Origin: the human T2T-CHM13v2.0 reference genome, Homo sapiens
Direction: 5' to 3' (one strand)
Assembly (NCBI RefSeq): GCF_009914755.1
Contig: NC_060948.1
Length of the DNA stretch: 64,000 nt
Positions 1 to 11,826 of this stretch are shown here, one piece after another (position 1 is the stretch's first letter; each line of letters begins with the position of its first letter). The notes beneath the pieces were generated by a model. That model was not told the DNA's origin. It made no database searches and saw only the letters and a program-made list of their open reading frames with translations. The translations under genes were made by a program, and so were the position numbers.

Positions 1-18
1 AAAGCAATGGACTGGAAT

Positions 19-33
19 GGAACTTTCTTGAAT
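19..33. promoter_or_regulatory. Perfect heat-shock element A (gGAAc tTTCt tGAAt), once per unit (next copy at 3548-3562)
   Basis: Exact nGAAn-nTTCn-nGAAn match. Motif match only; binding is not shown. Confidence 0.55.
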
Positions 34-1468
34 GGACTGGAATCAAACGGAATGGAATGCAATGCAATCAAATGGCATGGAATAAAATAGAATGAAAGAG
101 AATCAAATGGAATTGAATCGAATGGAATCGAATGGATTGGAAAGGAATAGAATGGAATGGAATGGAATGGACTCAAATGGAATGGACTAGAATGGAATGG
201 ATTCGAATGGAAGGCAAAGGAATGGAATCTATTGGAATGGACTGTAATGGAATGGAATGGAAGGGATTGGAATGGACTCGAATGGAATGGACTGCAATAG
301 AAAGGATTCGAATGGAATGAAAAAGAATTGAATGGAATAGAACAGAATGGAATCAAATCGAATGAAATGGAATGGAATAGAAAGGAATGGAATGAAATGG
401 AATGGAAAGGATTCGAATGGAATGCAATCGAATGGAATGGAATCGAACGGAATGGAATAAAATGGAAGAAAACTGGCAAGAAATGGAATCGAAATGAATG
501 GAGTGTTATGGAACGGACTCAAAAGGAATTGAATGTAATAGAATGGAGTGGAGTGGACTCGAATATAATGGACTGGAATGGAATGAAATCACATGGAATG
601 GGAACGAATGGAATGGAATGGAAAGGAATGGAATCGAATGGAAAGGAATCGAATGGAAGGGAATGAAATTGAATCAACAGGAATGGAAGGGAATAGAATA
701 GACGGTAATGGAATGGACTCGAATTGAATGGACACGAATGCTCAAATTGAATGGACTCGAATGGAATGGAAACGAAAGGAATGTCATCGAATGGAATTGA
801 ATCGATTGGAATGAAATCGCATAGAATGGAGTGGAATCAAATGGAATTGAATCGAAAGGAAAGGAAGCAAATGGACTGAAATGAAATGGAATGGAATTGA
901 ATGGAAAGTAATGCAATGGAATAGAATGGAACGAAATTTCACGGAATGGAATCAAACTGAATGGAATCAAATCACTGGAATCTAATCAAATGGAATGGAA
1001 AGGAATTGAATGGAGTACATTGGATTGGATGGGATTGGAATGAAATGTACTGGAAAGGACTCGAATTTCATGAAACGGAATGGAATGAATTGGAACGGAA
1101 TGGACTCGAATGGAATGGAATGTCATGGAATGGCATCAAATGGAATGGCATCAAATGGAATGGAATCGAATGCAATGGAATGCTATGGAATGGAATGGAA
1201 TGCATTGGAATGGAATGTCCTCTAATGGAATGGATTCGAGTGGAATGGAATCGAATATAATGGAGTCGAATGAAATGGAATTGAAAGGAATGGGATCGAA
1301 TACAATGGAATATACTGGAATGTAATGTAATGAACTAAAATGTAATTGACTGGAATGGAATGTACATGAATGGAATGTAATCGAATGGAAAGTAATCCAA
1401 TGGAATAGAATCTAATGCAATAAAATCGACTCAGATAGAGTAGAATGTAATGGAATGGAGTGCAGTGC

Positions 1469-1512
1469 AATGGAATGGAATGGAATGGAATGGAATGGAA
1501 TGGAATGGAATG
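1469..1512 (+). repeat. Pure (GGAAT)n microsatellite-like tract after GAGTGCAGTGCA, length-variable among units
   Basis: About 8 uninterrupted pentamers here. The equivalent tracts at ~5000, ~8560, ~12110, ~15670, ~23790 and ~30880 differ in length and interruptions. Confidence 0.85.
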
Positions 1513-1740
1513 GGATGGAATGGTATGGAATGGACAGTAATGGACTGGAGTGAAATGGACTGGAAAGGAATGGACTCAAATTGAAAGGGCTCGAAAGGAA
1601 TAGAGACAAATGGAATGGTCTGGAATGGAATGAACACGAATGTAATGCAATCCAATAGAATGGAGTCGAATGGCATGGAATATAAAGAAATGGAATCGAA
1701 GAGAATGGAAACAAATGGAATGGAATTGAACGGAATGGAA

Positions 1741-1894
1741 TTGAATGGAATGGGAACGAATGGAGTGAAATTGTATGCAGTAGAAGAGAATAGAATGGAA
1801 TGCAAGCGAAAGGAAAGGAATGGATTGGAATGGAATGGAATTCATTGGAATGGAAGGGAATGTAGTGTAATGGACAGGCCTGGAATAAAGTGGA
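1741..1894 (+). other. Landmark segment of DYZ1 with EcoRI (1838) and HaeIII/StuI (1877) sites; the classical Y-sexing PCR target
   Basis: TTGAATGGAATGGGAACGAATGG at 1741-1763 and GGACAGGCCTGGAATAAAGTGGA at 1872-1894 match the Y1.2/Y1.1 primer sites as I recall them. Not verified by search. Confidence 0.7.
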
Positions 1895-2251
1895 ATGCTA
1901 CGGTCTCGAATGGAATAAAAATGTATGGAATGGAATGCAATGAAACGGAATCGAATGTCATAGAATGTAATGGAATGCAAAAAAATGGAATCCAAAATCA
2001 TTGACTGGAAAGGCTGGGTGTCGAAAGGAATTGACTCCAATGGAATGGAATCGAATGGAATGGAAGTGAATAGAATCGAACTAAATCGAATGGAATGGAA
2101 TTGATAGGAACGGAATGGAAAGGAATGCAATGATTTGGCATGGAATGGAATCGAATGGCATCGAATGGAATGGAATGGAATGCAATGGAATGGAATGTAT
2201 TAGAATGTAATGAACTTTAATGGAATGTACTCGAATGCATTCGACTGGAAT

Positions 2252-2266
2252 GGAATGTTCTGGAAG
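2252..2266. promoter_or_regulatory. Perfect heat-shock element B (gGAAt gTTCt gGAAg), once per unit
   Basis: Exact nGAAn-nTTCn-nGAAn match flanked by further in-phase nGAAn pentamers. Motif match only. Confidence 0.55.
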
Positions 2267-2531
2267 TGAATGGACTCCAATGGAATGGATTCAAAAGGAA
2301 TGGAATCTTACGGAATGGAATCTAATGGAATGGAATTAAATGGAAATGAATCAAATTGAATAGCACGGAATTGAATTGAATGGAATGGAATGCAATGAAA
2401 TCTAATGAAACGGAAAGGAAAGGAATGGAATGGAATGGAATGGGCTGGAATGGAAAGGAATCGAAACGAATGGAATGGAATCGAACTGAAGAGACTGGAA
2501 TGGAATGCACTGGAATGGAAGGGAGTGTAAT

Positions 2532-2546
2532 GGAAGGTTCTCGAAA
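2532..2546. promoter_or_regulatory. Perfect heat-shock element C (gGAAg gTTCt cGAAa), once per unit
   Basis: Exact nGAAn-nTTCn-nGAAn match, 280 bp downstream of element B. Motif match only. Confidence 0.55.
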
Positions 2547-5500
2547 AAAATGGAATCGAATGGAATGGAATTGAATGGAACGGAATAGAGTCGAATGGAA
2601 TTGAATGGAATGGAATGGACTAGAGTGAAATGGAATCGAACCACAAGGAATGGACAGGAATAGAATGGTCTCGAATTGAATGGGATCGTATGGAATGGCA
2701 TCAAACGGAATGGAATGGACAGCCACGGAATGGAATGCACTCGAATGCAATGGAGTCGAAACTAATGGACTGGAATAGAATGGACTCGACTGGTACGGAC
2801 TCCAATGGAATGGAATCGAATGGAAGGGAATCGAACGGAATGGACTCGAAGGGAAAAGACTGCAATGGAAAGGTCTCGAATGGAATGGAAATTAATGGAA
2901 TGGAATGGAATCGAATGAAATGGAGGCAAAAGGAATGGAATCGAATGGCAAGAAATCGAATGTAATGGAATCGCAAGGAATTGATGTGAACGGAACGGAA
3001 TGGAATGGAATCCAAAGGAATGGAATAGAATGGAATGGAATCGAATGGAAAGGACTCGAATGGAAATCACTCGAATAGAATGCAATTTAATAAAATAGGA
3101 TCAAATGTAATGGAATGGAATGGAAAGGAATCGAAACGAAAGGAATGGAGACAGATGGAATGGAATGGAAGAGAGAGCAATGGTATATAATGGAATGGAA
3201 TCATCTGGAATGGAATTGAATGGAATGGAATAATATGAAATGGAATGGAATGGAATGGAATGGAATGCCCTTGAATTAAATGGACTGGACTCGAACAGAG
3301 TGGAATGGAAAGTGTTGAGATAGAATGGAATGGACTCCTTTGGAATGGTGTAGTATGCAATGCAATCGACTGGCATGGAATCAAAAGGAATGTAATGGAA
3401 TGGATTGGACTGGAATGCAATGGACTCGAATAGATTGGAAACGGAATGCAAAGGAATGGAATGGAATAGTATGGAATTTAATGGAAAGGAATGGAGTGGA
3501 ATAGACTAGAGTGGAATGGAATGGACTGGAAAGCAATGGACTGGAATGGAACTTTCTTGAATGGACTGGAATCAAACGGAATGGAATGCAATGCAATCAA
3601 ATGGCATGGAATAAAATAGAATGAAAGAGAATCAAATGGAATTGAATCGAATGGAATCGAATGGATTGGAAAGGAATAGAATGGAATGGAATGGAATTGA
3701 CTCAAATGGAATGGACTAGAATGGAATGGATTCGAATGGAAGGCAAAGGAATGGAATCTACTGGAATGGACTGTAATGGAATGGAATGGAAGGGATTGGA
3801 ATGGACTCGAATGGAATGGACTGCAATAGAAAGGATTCGAATGGAATGAAAAAGTATTGAATGGAATAGAACAGAATGGAATCAAATCGAATGAAATGGA
3901 ATGGAATAGAAAGGAATGGAATTAAATGGAATGGAAAGGATTCGAATGGAATGCAATCGAATGGAAGGGAATCGAACGGAATGGAATAAAATGGAAGAAA
4001 ACTGGCAAGAAATGGAATCGAAATGAATGGAGTGTTATGGAACGGACTCAAAAGGAATTGAATGTAATAGAATGGAGTGGAGTGGACTCGAATATAATGG
4101 ACTGGAATGGAATGAAATCACATGGAATGGGAACGAATGGAATGGAATGGAAAGGAATGGAATCGAATGGAAAGGAATCGAATGGAAGGGAATGAAATTG
4201 AATCAACAGGAATGGAAGGGAATAGAATAGACGGTAATGGAATGGACTCGAATAGAATGGACACGAATGCTCAAATTGAATGGACTCGAATGGAATGGAA
4301 ACGAAAGGAATGTCATCGAATGGAATTGAATCGATTGGAATGAAATCGCATAGAATGGAGTGGAATCAAATGGAATTGAATCGAAAGGAAAGGAAGCGAA
4401 TGGACTGAAATGAAATGGAATGGAATTGAATGGAAAGTAATGCAATGGAATAGAATGGAACGAAATTTCACGGAATGGAATCAAACTGAATGGAATCAAA
4501 TCAATGGAATCAAATCAAATGGAATGGAAAGGAATTGAATGGAGTAGATTGGATTGGATGGGATTGGAATGAAATGTACTGGAAAGGACTCGAATTTCAT
4601 GAAACGGAATGGAATAAATTGGAACGGAATGGACTCGAATGGAATGGAATGTCATGGAATGGCATCAAATGGAATGGCATCAAATGGAATGGAATCGAAT
4701 GCAATGGAATGCTATGGAATGGAATGGAATGCATTGGAATGGAATGTCCTCTAATGGAATGGATTCGAGTGGAATGGAATCGAATATAATGGAGTCGAAT
4801 GAAATGGAATTGAAAGGAATGGGATCGAATACAATGGAATATACTGGAATGTAATGTAATGAACTCGAATGTAATTGACTGGAATGGAATGTACATGAAT
4901 GGAATGTAATCGAATGGAAAGTAATCCAATGGAATAGAATCTAATGCAATAAAATCGACTCAGATAGAGTAGAATGTAATGGAATGGAGTGCAGTGCAAT
5001 GCAATGGAATGGAATGGAATGCAATGGAATGGAATGGAATGGAATGGAATGGAATGGAATGGGATGGAATGGTATGGAATGGATAGTAATGGACTGGAGT
5101 GAAACGGACTGGAAAGGAATGGACTCAAATTGAAAGGGCTCGAAAGGAATGGAGTCAAATGGAATGGTCTGGAATGGAATGAACACGAATGTAATGCAAT
5201 CCAATAGAATGGAATCGAATGGCATGGAATATAAAGAAATGGAATCGAAGAGAATGGAAACAAATGGAATGGAATTGAATGGAATGGAATTGAATGGAAT
5301 GGGAACGAATGGAGTGAAATTGTATGCAGTAGAAGGGAATAGAATGGAATGCAAGCGAAAGGAAAGGAATGGATTGGAATGGAATGGAATTCATTGGAAT
5401 GGAAGGGAATGTAGTGTAATGGACAGGTCTGGAATAAAGTGGAATGCTACGGTCTCAATGGAATAAAAATGTATGGAATGGAATGCAATGAAACGGAATC

Positions 5501-8500
5501 GAATGTCATAGAATGTAATGGAATGCAAAAAAAATGGAATCCAAAATCATTGACTGGAAAGGCTGGGTGTCGAAAGGAATTGACTCCAATGGAATGGAAT
5601 CGAATGGAATGGAAGTGAATAGAATCGAACTAAATCGAATGGAATGGAATTGATAGGAACGGAATGGAAAGGAATGCAATGATTTGGCATGGAATGGAAT
5701 CGAATGGCATCGAATGGAATGGAATGGAATGCAATGGAATGGAATGTATTAGAATGTAATGAACTTTAATGGAATGTACTCGAATGGATTCGACTGGAAT
5801 GGAATGTTCTGGAAGTGAATGGACTCCAATGGAATGGATTCAAAAGGAATGGAATCGTACGGAATGGAATCTAATGGAATGGAATTAAATGGAAATGAAT
5901 CAAATTGAATAGCAAGGATTTGAATTGAATGGAATGGAATGCAATGGAATCTAATGAAACGGAAAGGAAAGGAATGGAATGGAATGGAATGGACTGGAAT
6001 GGAAAGGAATCAAAACGAATTGAATGGAATCGAACTGAAGAGACTGGAATGGAATGCACTGGAATGGAAGGGAGTGTAATGGAAGGTTCTCGAAAAAAAT
6101 GGAATCGAATGGAATGGAATTGAATGGAACGGAATAGAGTCGAATGGAATTGAATGGAATGGAATGGACTAGAGTGAAATGGAATCGAACCACAAGGAAT
6201 GGACATGAATAGAATGGTCTCGAATTGAATGGAATCGTATTGAATGGCATCAAACGGAATGGAATGGACAGCCACGGAATGGAATGCACTCGAATGCAAT
6301 GGAGTCGAAACTAATGGACTGGAATAGAATGGACTCGACTGGTACGGACTCCAATGGAATGGAATCGAATGGAAGGGAATCGAACGGAATGGACTCGAAG
6401 AGAAAAGACTGCAATGGAAAGGTCTCGAATGGAATGGAAATTAATGGAATGGAATGGAATCGAATGAAATGGAGTCAAAAGGAATGGAATCGAATGGAAA
6501 GAAATCGAATGTAATGGAATCACAAGGAATTGATGTGAACGGAACGGAATGGAATGGAATCCAAAGGAATGGAATAGAATGGAATGGAATCGAATGGAAA
6601 GGACTCGAATGGAAATCACTCGAATAGAATGCAATTTAATAAAATAGGATCAAATGTAATGGAATGGAATGGAAGGGAATCGAAACGAAAGGAATGGAGA
6701 CAGATGGAATGGAATGGAAGAGAGAGCAATGGTATAGAATGGAATGGAATCATCTGGAATGGAATTGAATGGAATGGAATAATATGAAATGGAATGGAAT
6801 GGAATGGAATGGAATGCCCTTGAATTAAATGGACTGGAATGGAATGGACTCGAACAGAGTGGAATGGAAAGTGTTGAGATAGAATGGAATGGACTCCTTT
6901 GGAATGGTGTAGTATGCAATGCAATCGACTGGCAGGGAATCAAAAGGAATGTAATCGAATGGATTGGACTGGAATGCAATGGACTCGAATAGATTGGAAA
7001 CGGAATGCAAAGGAATGGAATGGAATAGTATGGAATGGAATGGAAAGGAATGGAGTGGAATAGACTAGAGTGGAATGGAATGGACTGGAAAGCAATGGAC
7101 TGGAATGGAACTTTCTTGAATGGACTGGAATCAAACGGAATGGAATGCAATGCAATCAAATGGCATGGAATAAAATAGAATGAAAGAGAATCAAATGGAA
7201 TTGAATCGAATGGAATCGAATGGATTGGAAAGGAATAGAATGGAATGGAATGGAATTGACTCAAATGGAATGGACTAGAATGGAATGGATTCGAATGGAA
7301 GGCAAAGGAATGGAATCTATTGGAATGGACTGTAATGGAATGGAACGGAAGGGATTGGAATGGACTCGAATGGAATGGACTGCAATAGAAAGGATTCGAA
7401 TGGAATGAAAAAGAATTGAATGGAATAGAACAGAATGGAATCAAATCGAATGAAATGGAATGGAATAGAAAGGAATGGAATGAAATGGAATGGAAAGGAT
7501 TCGAATGGAATGCAATCGAATGGAATGGAATCGAACGGAATGGAATAAAATGGAAGAAAACTGGCAAGAAATGGAATCGAAATGAATGGAGTGTTATGGA
7601 ACGGACTCAAAAGGAATTGAATGTAATAGAATGGAGTGGAGTGGACTCGAATATAATGGACTGGAATGGAATGAAATCACATGGAATGGGAACGAATGGA
7701 ATGGAATGGAAAGGAATGGAATCGAATGGAAAGGAATCGAATGGAAGGGAATGAAATTGAATCAACAGGAATGGAAGGGAATAGAATAGACGGTAATGGA
7801 ATGGACTCGAATAGAATGGACACGAATGCTCAAATTGAATGGACTCGAATGGAATGGAAACGAAAGGAATGTCATCGAATGGAATTGAATCGATTGGAAT
7901 GAAATCGTGTAGAATGGAGTGGAATGAAATGGAATTGAATCGAAAGGAAAGGAAGCAAATGGACTGAAATGAAATGGAATGGAATTGAATAGAAAGTTAT
8001 GTAATGGAATAGAATGGAACGAAATTTCACGGAATGGAATCAAACTGAATGGAATCAAATCAATGGAATCAAATCAAATGGAATGGATAGGAATTGAATG
8101 GAGTAGATTGGATTGGATGGGATTGGAATGAAATGTACTGGAAAGGACTCGAATTTCATGAAACGGAATGGAATGAATTGGAACGGAACGGACTCGAATG
8201 GAATGGAATGTCATGGAATGGCATCAAATGGAATGGCATCAAATGGAATGGAATCGAATGCAATGGAATGCTATGGAATGGAATGGAATGCATTGGAATG
8301 GAATGTCCTCTAATGGAATGGATTCGAGTGGAATGGAATCGAATATAATGGAGTCGAATGAAATGGAATTGAAAGGAATGGGATCGAATACAATGGAATA
8401 TACTGGAATGTAATGTAATGAACTCGAATGTAATTGACTGGAATGGAATGTACATGAATGGAATGTAATCGAATGGAAAGTAATCCAATGGAATAGAATC

Positions 8501-11500
8501 TAATGCAATAAAATTGACTCAGATAGAGTAGAATGTAATGGAATGGAGTGCAGTGCAATGGAATGGAAAGGAATGGAATGCAATGGAATGGAATGGAATG
8601 GAATGGAATGGAACGGAATGGAATGGTGTGGAATGGATAGTAATGGACTGGAGTGAAATGGACTGGAAAGGAATGGACTCAAATTGAAAGGGCTCGAAAG
8701 GAATGGAGTCAAATGGAATGGTCTGGAATGGAATGAACACGCAGGTAATGCAATCCAATAGAATGGAATCGAATGGCATGGAATATAAAGAAATGGAATC
8801 GAAGAGAATGGAAACAAATGGAATGGAATTGAGTGGAATGGAATTGAATGGAATGGGAACGAATGGAGTGAAATTGTATGCAGTAGAAGAGAATAGAATG
8901 GAATGCAAGCGAAAGGAAAGGAATGGATTGGAATGGAATGGAATTCATTGGAATGGAAGGGAATGTAGTGTAATGGACAGGCCTGGAATAAAGTGGAATG
9001 CTACGGTCTCGAATGGAATAAAAATGTATGGAATGGAATGCAATGAAACGGAATCGAATGTCATAGAATGTAATGGAATGCAAAAAAATGGAATCCAAAA
9101 TCATTGACTGGAAAGGCTGGGTGTCGAAAGGAATTGACTCCAATGGAATGGAATCGAATGGAATGGAAGTGAATAGAATCGAACTAAATCGAATGGAATG
9201 GAATTGATAGGAACGGAATGGAAAGGAATGCAATGATTTGGCATGGAATGGAATCGAATGGCATCGAATGGAATGGAATGGAATGCAATGGAATGGAATG
9301 TATTAGAATGTAATGAACTTTAATGGAATGTACTCGAATGGATTCGACTGGAATGGAATGTTCTGGAAGTGAATGGACTCCAATGGAATGGATTCAAAAG
9401 GAATGGAATCGTACGGAATGGAATCTAATGGAATGGAATTAAATGGAAATGAATCAAATTGAATAGCACGGAATTGAATTGAATGAAATGGAATGCAATG
9501 GAATCTAATGAAACGGAAAGGAAAGGAATGGAATGGAATGGAATGGGCTGGAATGGAAAGGAATCGAAACGAATGGAATGGAATCGAACTGAAGAGACTG
9601 GAATGGAATGCACTGGAATGGAAGGGAGTGTAATGGAAGGTTCTCGAAAAAAATGGAATCGAATGGAATGGAATTGAATGGAACGGAATAGAGTCGAATG
9701 GAATTGAATGGAATGGAATGGACTAGAGTGAAATGGAATCGAACCACAAGGAATGGACAGGAATAGAATGGTCTCGAATTGAATGGAATCGTATGGAATG
9801 GCATCAAACGGAATGGAATGGACAGCCACGGAATGGAATGCACTCGAATGCAATGGAGTCGAAACTAATGGACTGGAATAGAATGGACTCGACTGGTACG
9901 GACTCCAATGGAATGGAATCGAATGGAAGGGAATCGAACGGAATGGACTCGAAGGGAAAAGACTGCAATGGAAAGGTCTCGAATGGAATGGAAATTTATG
10001 GAATGGAATGGAATCGAATGAAATGGAGTCAAAAGGAATGGAATCGAATGGCAAGAAATCGAATGTAATGGAATCGCAAGGAATTGATGTGAACGGAACG
10101 GAATGGAATGGAATCCAAAGGAATGGAATAGAATGGAATGGAATCGAATGGAAAGGACTCGAATGGAAATCACTCGAATAGAATGCAATTTAATAAAATA
10201 GGATCAAATGTAATGGAATGGAATGGAAAGGAATCGAAACGAAAGGAATGGAGACAGATGGAATGGAATGGAACAGAGAGCAATGGTATAGAATGGAATG
10301 GAATCATCTGGAATGGAATTGAATGGAATGGAATAATATGAAATGGAATGGAATGGAATGGAATGGAATGCCCTTGAATTAAATGGACTGGAATGGAATG
10401 GACTCGAACAGAGTGGAATGGAAAGTGTTGAGATAGAATGGAATGGACTCCTTTGGAATGGTGTAGTATGCAATGCAATCGACTGGCAGGGAATCAAAAG
10501 GAATGTAATCGAATGTATTGGACTGGAATGCAATGGACTCGAATAGATTGGAAACGGAATGCAAAGGAATGGAATGGAATAGTATGGAATGGAATGGAAA
10601 GGAATGGAGTGGAATAGACTAGAGTGGAATGGAATGGACTGGAAAGCAATGGACTGGAATGGAACTTTCTTGAATGGACTGGAACCAAACGGAATGGAAT
10701 GCAATGCAATCAAATGGCATGGAATAAAATAGAATGAAAGAGAATCAAATGGAATTGAATCGAATAGAATCGAATGGATTGGAAAGGAATAGAATGGAAT
10801 GGAATGGAATTGACTCAAATGGAATGGACTAGAATGGAATGGATTCGAATGGAAGGCAAAGGAATGGAATCTATTGGAATGGACTGTAATGGAATGGAAT
10901 GGAAGGGATTGGAATGGACTCGAATGGAATGGACTGCAATAGAAAGGATTCGAATGGAATGAAAAAGAATTGAATGGAATAGAACAGAATGGAATCAAAT
11001 CGAATGAAATGGAATGGAATAGAAAGGAATGGAATGAAATGGAATGGAAAGGATTCGAATGGAATGCAATCGAATGGAATGGAATCGAACGGAATGGAAT
11101 AAAATGGAAGAAAACTGGCAAGAAATGGAATCGAAATGAATGGAGTGTTATGGAACGGACTCAAAAGGAATTGAATGTAATAGAATGGAGTGGAGTGGAC
11201 TCGAATATAATGGACTGGAATGGAATGAAATCACATGGAATGGGAACGAATGGAATGGAATGGAAAGGAATGGAATCGAATGGAAAGGAATCGAATGGAA
11301 GGGAATGAAATTGAATCAACAGGAATGGAAGGGAATAGAATAGACGGTAATGGAATGGACTCGAATAGAATGGACACGAATGCTCAAATTGAATGGACTC
11401 GAATGGAATGGAAACGAAAGGAATGTCATCGACTGGAATTGAATCGATTGGAATGAAATCGCATAGAATGGAGTGGAATCAAATGGAATTGAATCGAAAG

Positions 11501-11826
11501 GAAAGGAAGCGAATGGACTGAAATGAAATGGAATGGAATTGAATGGAAAGTAATGCAATGGAATAGAATGGAACGAAATTTCACGGAATGGAATCAAACT
11601 GAATGGAATCAAATCAATGGAATCTAATCAAATGGAATGGAAAGGAATTGAATGGAGTAGATTGGATTGGATGGGATTAGAATGAAATGTACTGGAAAGG
11701 ACTCGAATTTCATGAAACGGAATGGAATGAATTGGAACGGAATGGACTCGAATGGAATGGAATGTCATGGAATGGCATCAAATGGAATGGCATCAAATGG
11801 AATGGAATCGAATGCAATGGAATGTT

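Noticed and set aside
328-666. Recurrent + strand MEWNG-rich ORFs in every unit
   Set aside because: Direct translation of (GGAAT)n. Their conservation reflects tandem homogenisation, not coding constraint.
932-1075. Partial HSE-like sites CGAAATTTCA (932-941) and palindrome TTTCATGAAA (1066-1075)
   Set aside because: Only two inverted units in register, so not a full trimeric HSE.
3086-3100. AATAAA polyadenylation-like hexamers (several per unit, e.g. ~81, ~455, ~1419, ~1884, ~3089)
   Set aside because: Easily produced from GGAAT variants on an A-rich strand. There is no clear downstream GU-rich element or transcript evidence in the sequence.
6650-7567. Longest ORFs (305 aa on the - strand; also 10204-11121, 13778-14680, 18337-19239)
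   Set aside because: They are FHSIP-repeat translations of (ATTCC)n, which has no stop codon in any frame. A single SNV truncates them to 211 aa in the right-hand units, and there is no domain or splice evidence.
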